The notes under the pieces are model-generated. The model had not been told where the DNA came from. It searched no databases and saw only the letters and a list, made by a program, of their open reading frames with translations. A stretch of 63,636 bases of DNA, filler included, from Hyphochytrium catenoides (Eukaryota > Protista > Hyphochytriomycota), in the NCBI GenBank assembly GCA_900088475.1. It is 8 parts of 8 records of this genome, joined end to end, with 100 filler letters (N's around TTAATTAATTAA, not from the genome) between each part and the next. Parts side by side here need not be neighbours in the genome. Positions count along the whole stretch, not along the records: positions 1 to 10,649 come from FLMG01003310.1; positions 10,750 to 29,301 come from FLMG01003801.1; 6 more parts are not named here. One strand, written 5' to 3'. This document shows, piece after piece, positions 1-11,215 of this stretch (the stretch's first letter is position 1; each line of letters opens with the position of its first letter). Both the position numbers and the translations under genes were made by a program.

Positions 1-306
1 TTGGTGAAGGAAAGTCCAGTAGTCATCCATCAGAGGTGATGACCGATGACAGAAAAGAACTACCGGGCTTTTTGCCGCCCGCGTCAGCATCGCACAGCTC
101 GTCCTGATCATCATCAGCGTGAGTGCCATGAGGGACTAGGACGAGGAAGATGACGCTAGAACTCGATGTTGCTCTTCTTCCAAGATAGAGTTTAGCGCCG
201 GTTGACACCCAACAGAGGCTTCCGAATCCTGACATCGCCATATTGGTTGTGCGGCAACGACCCGAGGTCTCAGTCAGCAAGGCTGGGGTGATATCTGCGC
301 GAGAGG

Positions 307-3300
307 ATGGTGAAAACAGTCAGGGAACCGAGAACAGGAAAGGAGTTCCCAACATTAGTAGAGCATGGAGACCTTTTGTGCGGTACAGGAGCTCGTGTCA
401 AGCGAATTGGCTTCGTTGACGGTGAGATATGATTTGCCCTCTTGTATGGCGTAGCTCGCATCTATCTATACTTTTTAACTCGGCCTATCTCCCCTATACC
501 TCGAGTCGGGACTTCCGTTAGTTGCGGCTATCCTTTCATTCTATGCCACTTGCTTCCCCAAAAGTTAAGGAACCTAACGTAGCCTCGCTTACATATGTTC
601 ACCTTCCAGTCAACGTTTACGGGATGGCCCTGTATGTGGACCCGGTGGGAGCATGGGCACACCTGAAGGAGTTTGAGGGACTTCCGGGGAGCGAGCTGGC
701 GTCTCGGGTGGACTTCTATTCGAAGCTCATTGCAGCGCCGTTCAGGAAAACTATTGTCCTGACAATTGCCAGATATCTTTCAGACTCACAGGTGTCTGGT
801 GGTTTCTCAGAGAGCTTTATACCTCGGCTGGGCGAGCACAAATACATCTTTGATTCGCTGAGCCGCTTGTTGCTGGGCCAGCTGTTCACGAATGACACTC
901 AGGTTATGTTTATCATGGATAATGGTACTTTTACGCTAAAAATCAACGACAAGACTCTGGGAACTATTGAGTCATCCGAACTTGTGACTGCAGCCCTCAG
1001 TAAGTCCATTGCATAAGCAGAGTAGCACAAAGATATGCGAGCTGCTAACAAAGGGGTGGTACCTCCGCAGGCGTTTATCTGGATGACAACCCTATCTCTC
1101 CCGAAGGAAAGAAATCTTTAGTGGCAAGAATGCCCAAAATCCTTGCCCTGGGAGCTGCGGCTGAGGCCGAGAATGCTAGGGGGGTGAGTCACAACCTGGA
1201 AGCGGCAAGTTCTGCTGTCCCTCAGCTAAACGGGCCCAGTGCTGGCAAAAGTGAGAAGGGGGCGGCCTCCAATGGAGCCCTACCTCGGAGCCTTACCGAG
1301 TACGGAGAACCCGATATATTTCCTGCCTTCAAAGAGCGCATTCGTAGGGCGGAGAAAGACTTCTTTGACGAGGTGTCTGAGACCGGGAACTGGGTTTTTC
1401 AGGCTGAAAAAAGGGGAATTCAGAGCTACGCACATATCAAGGGCGATGGCACAATGATGGGAAAAGGTGTAATCCCGTACAGCCCTAGGCATGTCCTGAA
1501 CGTCATTCTGGATGTGGAAAAGAAAGGTGAGCTGGCCTACTTCTAGATATTGCTTTTTTCCTCTTCCAATTGTTTGCCCGTGGAGTCCCTCTCCATCCCG
1601 TGTTGCCAAGTGTTTATTGCGACAACCTGATCGCTTGTAGCTGCGCTTATTAGAAGTTCGCGCTACCATCCTTGGCATGTTCCTATGCTGCTTACATTTG
1701 CACTCGTAACCAACAGGAGAGTGGGACTATGATTTGGACCATGGCAAACGTGTCAAGGTCTTTAACAAGCAATGTAACCTGGACTACCTTTGTTATAAGG
1801 CAGTCTGGCCCACGGCTGCCAGAGATTTTGTGTCCATTGTCCAATGGTTTACGAGGCCGCATGATGGCTCTGTCCTAGTCATCGCACTACACCACGAGGA
1901 CGGGGCGGTGCCAGAAAAGAATGGGAACGTAAGAGGGCGTTGCCTACTTGGTGTCTGGCACATTATCCCTAGGGAGGAGAACACCCAGTCCCACGTTACC
2001 TTTCTTGTAAGAGCTGACCTAGGCGGAAGCATTCCCAAGTCAATTGCTGCTAAAGCACAAGGCAACCAGCCATTTTTGATCTACAACATTTGGAAAGTCC
2101 TAGACAAGACCCTCCAGGGCAAGAATACTACCACTGAACCTGTGGTTAATTCTCCGGAGTCCTCGGCATCTGCGGCACATGCCACTCCACAGCTGCCAAG
2201 TATGTCGAATCCCAAGGAGCTAACCATCTCAAAAGGCCCTGTGAAAGCAGCCTCAGATTCTTACGGGACCCCTATCTATCCCCCTCAATTTGAGACCAAG
2301 CTCCGACAGGTTGAAAAGCAGTTCTATGAGGAGGTTAGCCGAGAGGCAGATTGGACGCTAATTGGAGAAAAGGACGGTGTCAAGGGCTGGTCTCGCGCAG
2401 ACGGGGCCACATTAGGGAAAGGTGTTATCCCCCATAGCCCCAATGCAATTTTTTCTATATTAGCTGATCCCAGCAAGAAATGCCTGTACGATACGGATCT
2501 AGACTTGGCAAAGACACTGAAAAGAGTCAGCCCACAGTGCAACATTGACTACTACCTCTACAAAGCTGTATGGCCTACAGCCGCGAGGGATTTTTGCTGT
2601 GTGGCATTCTGGAAGGTCCTTGATAACGGCACCATTCTCTTCCTCTTCGGAGAGCATGAGGATCCAGATTGTCCCCCGGTTAAGTCGAATGTGAGAGGTA
2701 AAGTAACTATCGCTGTGTGGGAGCTGGTACCTCAGAACGATTATAAGGCGACACATGTTACATTTATGGTAATCAGCGAGCTTGGGGGTTCCATACCGAA
2801 GGCTATCCAGAACAAAGTAGCACAGAATCAGCCCTTCCTGATGAACGGTATCTGGGGAATCTTAGACAAAGAACCGTCATATGAGGCCCAGGCACGAGGC
2901 AAGTTGGTAGTGAATCCTAACGCAGCGAGTCCCGAACCAGCTGCGACTCCTAGCGGCAGGCAGACGCGGGCGGATTCAACTCGTAGTGTAGATTCCAGTG
3001 TTTCTCAGATGCAAAAGGTTGATCTAAGCGGGATGGACCTTTCTCCTTTGACTGAACCCAACACTAGCAAAGTGTTCCCTGGTTCTCTGCCGAATGGTGA
3101 CATCCTCCTTGGCACTGCATGCAGAACCAAGACTATTGGATTCATCAGCGGTAAGGATTGTGCGGCCAGGCTGGGACTCGCAAGATAACTCCCCTATCAT
3201 TTCACCTATGCATGGAATTGATTTGTCTGCGTCCCAGATGTATTCCTTTTATGGTGCATTTCCCTTCGTTCTTCTGCTTGCTCACCTGGTTTATCACTTC

Positions 3301-4825
3301 TTGCGCAGTTCGCGTGTACGCACTGGGTCTCTACGTCAATCCTGCTCAGTGTTGCTCTGAGTTATCGCGCTATCAAGGCCAATCCCTTGGCGCGTTGCAG
3401 CGTGACGAGAAGCTCTATCAGGACCTGATCAACGGCTACTTCCGTAAAACTATCGTCATTATTCTGGCGAGAGATTTGACGGAAGACCAATTCTCGGGGG
3501 GTATTTCCGAAGCTCTCATGCCCAGACTTGAGCAGAAAGAGGAGTGCTCCAAGTTCGTAGCCCTGTTTAAGGGTCAAAGCCTTAAGAATGACTCCGTACT
3601 AGAGTTCTCGATCAGTACAGATGGTGAGCAGATGTTTCTCTGACCTTCTTGCCGTCGAATCCTTATCAATCAGTCAGCGCGCAGCGTTTTGATTCGCCTA
3701 CATTCTAGTGGTTTGCTCCGTACCTTGTTCTATGCTTTTCCGTCTGTTCTTTGTTTGTCGAGGAAGGCCGATGGTAGAGGCGTCGTGTACGTTTGTTATT
3801 TGTTGTCGAGGAAGGCCGATGTCAAGGCGTTGAAACCCAATTCCATGATGCGTAATGTAGGGTTACTGGAGTACACCTTGAACAAGGGAGATTTGCAGAA
3901 CCTGTGGAGCGAAGATTTGGGCCATGCTTTTATGAAGTGCTTTTTCGACCAGGCCTCCGCTGTTGGGCCTGAAGGCAAGAAGTCTCTCATCTACAAACTA
4001 CCACAGCTGCTTGATCAAGCACCAGCTGATGAGGGCCACACTTTAGCGGACGAGCTGGAGAGCATGCGAGACAGTCTGGAAGACCAAGAGCCTGGAACCA
4101 AGAGGAAGAGAGGGATTCTTTGGAAGTTCAATCCATACGCACAAGGCATTCTTATCCCGACCTGGACCAGGAGATATTGCGACTTGGACAGGACGATGTT
4201 TGGCATGAAGAAAAGAAAGACCGATCGCGTGTTCAAGAGGAAAGTGAACCTACGATACTATACAATTGAGGGTGAAGGCATAAAGACCGGGAAACAGCTC
4301 ATGACTGGCAAAAGAGGAACGTTCTTCACGTTTACGCTTAAGCCGCAAGAGAAGTACAGGGCGAAAGATCTGCCTACATTTCGACTGAGTTGTGAAAGTG
4401 AGGACGAAGGCAAGGAGTGGTTTGACCTGATCCGTGAAGCCATCAACGCAGATGAGCTGAAAGCACAATGGCTTGCCCGGCGCCAAGCCGCGATCCTTAA
4501 AGCTCAAACAGTAGTCAATGAAAGGAGTGGGGACTCCACTGTTGGCGGGAGTGAGGTTGGAGAACCCAAAGCTTTCAACCCATATGGACCTCGTACCAAC
4601 GATGGCAGCCTGGACTTCACCTCTCTGCTTAATCTAGTAGAGAATTTGGAGATGAAGGACAAGCTGATTCTACTCTTCGCTGTTCTCATCGGAATCCTGA
4701 TTCTGCCTTATTTATCGACGATCGTGTGGGCACTGCTTTCTTGGGTCCCATTCATCATTGTGTGTGGGGCGGTGGTTGCTGGCCTCTCCCACTATCAGCA
4801 GACTGTCACAAGTAAAACGCACTAG
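307..4825 (+). CDS. Multidomain putative lipid-binding/transfer protein: CHI-like fold, START, START, CHI-like fold, PH, C-terminal TM hairpin (1224 aa, 6 exons)
   Basis: Exons 307-421, 610-999, 1071-1526, 1717-3150, 3309-3623, 3861-4825, all GT-AG and phase-consistent, 3675 nt in total. CHI-fold motifs: VREPRTGKEFP...GTGARVKRIGFVDVNVYGMALYVD...VYLDDNPISPEGKKSL, and a second copy LTEPNTSKVFP...GTACRTKTIGFISVRVYALGLYVN...GPEGKKSL. Both START domains contain YKAVWPTAARDF and (D/E)LGGSIPK. PH: RGILWK...WTRRY...FRLSCESEDEGKEWFDLIREAI. The C-terminus is hydrophobic. Confidence 0.88.
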
Positions 4826-5090
4826 TTCTAGTGGATAGGATGGGGAATAAATAGTCTAAAGGAGTTCGAGAGGGGACTTTTGGGCGGGACAGGGACAGTA
4901 GGAGCGACAGATTGCTGGGGATGATAGTTGATTGGGAGAGGAAGGGAAAGAGAGAGAAAGACTAAGGAAGAGTGATGAGGACATGTGCAAGTAGTGGCGA
5001 GGCAGAGTAGGTTAGAGGACTTTGGGTAGGTATATTGGTAATGGCTTTTTATAAAAAGGTACTATGTGCCCAGAGTTAGAGTGACATCCC

Positions 5091-6636
5091 TTAGACAGAC
5101 CTCAAAGTGTCTAGCACTGCATATAAGCCATCCACACAAGAGGCCCCAAGTCTTTTACACCGTTCAATACTCCATCCACCCTCCTCATCGGGCATCTCAA
5201 TATTGTCCTTAAAGGGCATCTCCTGGGTCATTGAGAGACAACCAAAAGTTTCAGCTGCCCAGGCTGAGAGGATACTGAGGTTGGCTGTTCCTGCAGCTTC
5301 TTTGGGATAACCGTGTATTCGTTGGAAGTCAGGGTTGGCCATCCTGAGAGCTTCTTCATACCTAAGCCACGATTCATAAGCCCCTAACCGCCAGATGCTA
5401 TGTCAGGGTTGTCTTACCTATCCTGGCGCTTGTGTCGCGCCTCGGTAGCACTGGGTACTGCCCTCGGTGTCCAGGATACAAAGACGTAGGGCAGCTCCTC
5501 ATCAGAATGCACATCAAGGCAAAAGTCGACCCCGGTGGCGAACATGTATTGCTGAACTCTATACACCTCAGGGCTCTTCTCCAATGACGGTTGAAGCCAC
5601 TCACGGTTTAGGTTAGATCCTGAAGTTAATAGTGAGACAACAGCTTAGGAGTCCAGTGAAACTTCTGAAGCTTCGCTGCATAAGCGTACCTGAGGAATTC
5701 ACCCTCAGGTATCCTCTTCTAGAGCCGTCTGGATTCATATTCGGTACTATAAAGACATCACCCTTGGACAGAACTTTCCGCACGACGGGGTCAGCCGGAT
5801 CAAGCAAGCGCTGAACGAAGCCTTCCATCCACCAGCTTGCTTGTGTTTCTCCTTTATAAAAGAAAACTAAATAAGATCCAAGGGACAGAAACATAGCCTT
5901 TCCTAACTACTACGCAATACCAGGGTGTTGTCGTCCAACAACCCACAGTGCCAGCTTTTCTCGGAGCTGGGATTTCTCCATGCTTCCTGGTAGCGTCTTG
6001 ATGGGGGACGGAAGTGTTGGGGCCTTGTCTCCAACAAGAAGGGCATCAATAGTGTTGCCGTCGAGGGTCTCTCCCAGAACTGCAAGCTGATGGATGCCAT
6101 CAGTCCATATCAGGAAGAAAGAAAACAGAAGGGAAATTCCACCTTGCATCTGCCAGTGCGAGAAGTTTGGCACTTGGAAAGGAAGTCTAGGTGCCGTTCC
6201 TGAGAGTAGGGCGGGTAGTAGGCGAAGAAAATGGAGCTATACGAGGGAGTCAATGTCCAAGAAAGGGAGGTCCCGTCGTAACTAGTGCTACTCAAGCAGA
6301 ACCATGATTCACGATTATAGCTTGCATAGACCCGATATCCTGGCCAACCATCTGGATAGGACGTCTTGCCTGTAGCACGGAGACGGTAGAAAGTCTAAAA
6401 AAATTGTTTCACCGATAAAAGGCCAAAGGCATCTATGTCTACTCACTGGCGTTGCAGAGCCTAAAGGTGTAGTTATGTCCGGTGGACATCGCTGCTACCC
6501 TGAAGTGGAACCACTGCAGAAAGGGCTTGCCGCAGTCCGGAGCGTCGTAAGGAACATTGAGGAGTGCTTCCCGCTTGTCCTGGTCAATACTTATGACTTC
6601 TATAGCTCCAGAGTCGAAGTTTGCATTGATCTTCAT
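5091..6636 (-). CDS. M14 zinc metallocarboxypeptidase, cytosolic carboxypeptidase (Nna1/CCP, M14D) of the short bacterial type (405 aa, 6 exons)
   Basis: Exons 6636-6447, 6369-6143, 6086-5921, 5851-5690, 5619-5418, 5361-5091 (1218 nt). Motifs NFDSG, QWFHF, FAYYPPYS, RQHPGE (Zn), PNMNPDG, NLNREW, SPEV, LDVHSDEE (Zn His), EMPFKD (catalytic Glu). Confidence 0.92.
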
Positions 6637-6994
6637 CGTCCTAGCCGTTCACTTTGTCTGGTGCTGTATGGTGTTAAGACGATGGCAAATAAAAGGTCCA
6701 AGTGCAGTTGTTTCGTCGTGACTTCTTTCGATATGGACAACGCTGCTGGATGTCTAGGGTGGATGACTGACTCTTGATCGAACTGAAGCCACGTGCTGGC
6801 ATACAGATGAACGTCCTTGAGCTGGCACTCTTGGAAGGGGTGGTCCCCCTTAGATAACTCGATGACTCAGATGTCTGCGAGTGGATGGCGCTCGTAGAGA
6901 AGAGTCGCCCCGCCGCTGGAGCCTCTGGACATCTGGACAATCGTGATGATGGTGCGAATCCAGCAGAATAACGGCTTTCCCCTCAATCGCCCTG

Positions 6995-7016
6995 CCATTC
7001 CTGACGTTAGCGGCTC
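6995..7016. promoter_or_regulatory. Putative promoter element, copy 1 (CCATTCCTGACGTTAGCGGCTC)
   Basis: 20/22 identical to 9946-9967. Lies mid-way in the divergent intergenic region between the carboxypeptidase (ATG 6636) and bL21 (ATG 7351). Confidence 0.5.
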
Positions 7017-7350
7017 CTGGGGTGCTTTATTAAAGCGTGGTTGTAGATTCGGTAATTATGTTTAAAGCCCTAGGGGTGTTGGGTGGTCAACAAACCCCAG
7101 AAGTATTGACGGCACAAACTCCAGACCATCGCTGCCTTCAGAAAGTCACTTGCTGGCAGAGTTGAGACTCTGCCCTCATCAGTTCCGGCTGCTCCTCAGA
7201 AAGAGACATCCTTGACAGGATTTGGGAGAAGTGCCAGAGTCTGCTACTGGAGCAGCAGCAGGACCTTGTGAAGACTGGATGGGCGCTGGAGCTATCAGAC
7301 CTTAGAGACTTTGCTATTGCTGTCGCCCATCGGGCTCTTGGGGGAGCATC

Positions 7351-8176
7351 ATGTCACTGTTCCGGGGCCTTCAGGCTCTATCTCACAGCCTCCTTGTACC
7401 AAATAGAGGGACATCACTGTTAAGAGGTGGCCAAGTTTCTCAATCTAGCGTCCTATCAATTAGAGCACTGTCCCAAGGGGCAGAGGCTACCGCCGCTGTC
7501 TCTCTACCAAATGCACAGCAGAAGCTACGACACCATCCGCCACCCCTGTCCAAGACATGGAAGCAGCCTAGAAGTAGTATCGTGGTGCACAAGCAAGACA
7601 GGGCGAAGCTAAAGAAAGAGGAAGCGGCAGCCGCGCTTTTACCGGTTCCGCCTGAGCCCGTCTTTGCGGTAATCAAGCTCGCAGGAAGTCAATATAAAGT
7701 GACGAAGGTTGGTACACTTTGAATATGATGGGTTTCTTCTCTCTCTAATCCGACTCATTAGGGCGACACACTTTACGTCGAGAAAATCAAGGGAGCAGAG
7801 GTGGGCACAGAATTTACTATTGACGAGGTAACAGTACTACTGCCGCGATGACTCTCCCCATAGAGTAACGACAGTGTTCATAGGTGTTACTCCTCGGATC
7901 CAAAGCAATGACCGTAGTGGGTCGGCCACTGATTCCTGAGGCCAAGGTAAGGACTATTGCTGTCTTCACTGCGACCTTGTCAAAGTTTAAGGGGTTCGAA
8001 TTTAAAATGTTTCTCGACAGGTCACAGTATTCGTAGAGGAACAGACCCTGGATCAGAAGGTCATAGTGTTTAAGAAAAAGAGAAGAAAGGGCTACCAGAG
8101 GAAGCAAGGTCACCGCCGACAGGTGACCATTCTTCGTGTCCAAGATATCCATACCACAGGCATCTTAAAAGTGTAG
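7351..8176 (+). CDS. MRPL21: Mitochondrial ribosomal protein bL21 with N-terminal presequence
   Basis: Exons 7351-7707, 7762-7827, 7884-7946, 8021-8176. FAVIKLAGSQYKVTKGD...VGRPLIPEAKV...KVIVFKKKRRKGYQRKQGHRRQVTILRV. The N-terminus is Arg/Ser/Leu-rich and acid-poor. Confidence 0.93.
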
Positions 8177-8330
8177 AGGCTCTTCCGACGTGCCCATACC
8201 CTTTCCGCTGACGTTCCCATCACAGTTGGGAAGTACGGTGAGCTTTGTTTCTGCTCCTAGCAGGTGTGGACTAGGGCCAGACCTCACAGCCCTAGCAGCA
8301 GGATTGTTATCTTAGATTGCCTGGAAACTG

Positions 8331-9702
8331 TCACCTTGAGCTAGTGTGTGGCTTTCCGTTAGGGGAGTTACCTCCGTCTCTCTTGTCGCTGTGACAAGCA
8401 GAAAGTAAGGCTCACCACATAAGGACTTATATATGCTGAGTACTAAACACTTCTAACCTGAAGACAAGGGGCGCTATAAGCTTGCTCGCCTGACTTTTCG
8501 CAAGCTGCTTGTCCTGCGTGACTGTTGAACTTCGCTTCATCTGCCGGAAGACCTCAGGGTTTCTTTCGGCGAGATCAATAGCATACTTTGAAGTCAGGAT
8601 GCGTGTGCCTGCTACTTAGAGTAAGCAGTCAGCTTCAGAGTTAGAGGGACGATTGTAATTCTGGCAATGCTACCTCTTGAAGGGCCAGTGCCGCCTCCGT
8701 CAACTCTGCCGAGCGAACGTCCATCTTCTAGAGTGTCAGACAAAGGCGCTGCATCCATACTTGGTAGGCCCTTGAGGTCACTGCCGAAGTCTATCTCAGC
8801 AGTTGAGCCTGACATAGGACTGGTTTGCATGGCGCTATGGGTTTCCCGCATAAAGCTCCTCACCAAATTTGGAGAGCTAGGTGGCAAGGGTTAAAGATGG
8901 TAGCGACCATGAAGTTGCTGCAGCTCACTTACTTGCTACGAATGACTGCTCTCGTCTTCCTTACAGGCTTCTTCATCCCCGCCTTGTTTGAGTCCATGGT
9001 ATTATTGCCCTTACCGATTTCCAACCATTGCTCCAGCTGCCGAACCTGCAGACCAAGGTTACGATTAAACATGACCTTTGGTCCACTGCGTTCACCCTAC
9101 GCAGTCTTTTTAACCGTTGCTTCTCACCTCTTCCACAGACCGTCTCGAGTAGTGAACGTAGTTTGGATCTCTATACTCATCCGGAAGATTTTTCATCAGT
9201 TTCCGCCTCTCAAAGGCTTGAATGCTCTCCTTGGTTATTCGTAACCTACACTTCTTTTAGCATATTCCTTCATCATGCTTGTAAAGGGCATAAAATATTT
9301 CTTACCCTGTTTTCTTGGTTGCATGAGGCTGAACATGAAGAAAAGGATTCTCCCATTCTCGCCGCCGTCGATAGGGATCGTCGTACCCCGAGTCCGCAAA
9401 GAGCTTCGACATTCTGACAAGGATTGACTTGGTAGACGCGAAACCTTTACTTTTACGTGTTTCGTAACCTATGAGAGATCTCCATCCAGGATTGGCTACT
9501 TTCTAGAAGAGTTTGACGTCCATGAGTAGTGTGATATCCTACCCCGTACACCGGAAGGTGCTGGTCTTAGTCGCGGAAGACATGGACAATGAAGACGGCC
9601 CCTAGCCTCTTTTAGACGGGACCTGCAGTCCCTGGCCGCACCTAATGGGTTCAACCTTGGAGCCGGACCTTCCAATGGTCTCTGTGCATAGCTCTCAAGT
9701 TG
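8331..9702 (-). CDS. Hypothetical spliced protein (about 7 exons; start codon not resolved)
   Basis: Successive short exons join in frame across GT-AG introns: ...RMSKLFADSGYDDPYRRRREWENPFLHVQPHATKKTG|LRITKESIQAFERRKLMKNLPDEYRDPNYVHYSRRSVEE|VRQLEQWLEIGKG...|SPNLVRSFMRETH...|GTRILTSKYAIDLAERNPEVFRQMKRSS.... No recognisable domain. Confidence 0.5.
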
Positions 9703-9945
9703 CTAGGTGAAATAAATGCCGTAGAGTGAGCCACCGCCTACGAGCCGCATAAGCGCGATGAATGGGAAGGGCACGAAGGGCTTGACTTCCTGGTAGCTTG
9801 CCTTCTGAGTCTTTGACTACTGTTATTATGCTCCGCGCAGGCGAAAGGGCATCATCCTTCCTCGTTCTATAAATAGTGATCGGGCGTGATGATGATGGGC
9901 AGAGAGCTGCTAACGCTCATCACTTATATTCTTATTTTCGGGGAT

Positions 9946-9967
9946 CCATTTCTGACGTTAGCGCCTC
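9946..9967. promoter_or_regulatory. Putative promoter element, copy 2 (CCATTTCTGACGTTAGCGCCTC)
   Basis: 20/22 identical to 6995-7016. Lies between the orphan minus-strand gene and EMC6 (ATG 10226). Confidence 0.5.
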
Positions 9968-10225
9968 TTGCCGATACCGTCATCGCCAGGAGTGGTCTTT
10001 GGATTGATGTGTGAGAGTGGAGGGATGAAGACAACAGCAGCAATAACGAGCAATGAGCTGCGAAGTCACAGAAGTTCATTGGAGACTATAAAGTTTCTTC
10101 GCTGTGCGTCAGAGCGTATTGGACTGCGGAAGTCGAGCATTGACTGAGACGACCACGTTTGACGGTTGCCAACAGTCAGCGAGTCACTAGAAGAGCTACG
10201 GAGCTAGCAGTCCTGGACAGGAAGC

Positions 10226-10549
10226 ATGGAAGAGAACCAGAAGAAGGAGTATTTCTCAGCTGAGAACTTCAAGAACAACATGCTTCTAGTGGATTATGTG
10301 CGCTCCTTCATGGCCATCATCTCAGGGTCCATTGCTGGTGTTTGGGGCTTCACAGGCATCCGAGGATTCGTTTTCCTGTTTATCACACACCTGCTTACGT
10401 CTGCGGGACTATTGGTGAAAATGAGCTTTGGGTCCAAGGATTACGTCCACCAAAGCCCGATCGCCTTCATCATCAACGGACTAGGGTCGCAGTTCCTATC
10501 CTTCGTGCTGTTCTGGACTCTCTTTTATGCCCTTATACACTTGTACTAG
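10226..10549 (+). CDS. EMC6: ER membrane protein complex subunit 6 (TMEM93/Rab5ip family)
   Basis: Single exon, 107 aa. NNMLLVDYVRSFMAIISGSIAGVWGFTG...GF...SFVLFWTLFYALIHLY matches the EMC6 consensus. Confidence 0.93.
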   Translation: MEENQKKEYFSAENFKNNMLLVDYVRSFMAIISGSIAGVWGFTGIRGFVFLFITHLLTSAGLLVKMSFGSKDYVHQSPIAFIINGLGSQFLSFVLFWTLFYALIHLY

Positions 10550-10649
10550 CACTTTGCTATCGGCTCGAAGTAGGTTGGAACGCTTCAACAGGGAACTGGA
10601 AGCTACCATCAGCGTCAACTACGAAGCGGGAGAGCAGATGTGGCTGCAG

Positions 10650-10749
10650 NNNNNNNNNNNNNNNNNNNNNNNNNNNNNNNNNNNNNNNNNNNNTTAATTA
10701 ATTAANNNNNNNNNNNNNNNNNNNNNNNNNNNNNNNNNNNNNNNNNNNN
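10650..10749. other. Artificial contig-joining spacer
   Basis: 44N + TTAATTAATTAA + 44N. Identical spacers occur at 29302-29401, 39560-39659, 51856-51955, 55517-55616, 60646-60745 and 61923-62022. Confidence 0.98.
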
Positions 10750-11163
10750 CGCGGAGATTAAGAGAGGGGAAGTGAAAGAGAGAGAAAGAGAGAGAGAGAG
10801 GTGTGAAAGGGGGGCGAGAGAGACTGGGAGAGAAAAAGAGAGAGAGAGAGAGGCGACTGTTCGAAGATGCGAGGAGCCGGTTCGATAGTGCTGGGAACAG
10901 TTTTCATCTCCTGAAAGCACTAGACAAAGGGACAGCCCGAAGTAGTCCATATGCAGAATATATAGCTACGTTATTCTACATAAAATCGATAATATGCAGA
11001 ATGAGTAGAGTATGTAACGACTAATTGACCTGGGTTTCCATACCCGAGAGGTAGGTTGACCTTGATTCCATACAATTTTCAGGGGTGGTGGATATTATGG
11101 GTAACATGGCTAGACTGGTGTGAGTGGCTTGGATCATGTGTGTATGTCCCTCATCTTTCCTCT

Positions 11164-11215
<52 letters not shown>

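Noticed and set aside
3755-3821. 19-nt direct repeat TTGTCGAGGAAGGCCGATG in intron 5 of the CHI-START gene
   Set aside because: Only two copies; consistent with a local duplication and no evidence of function.
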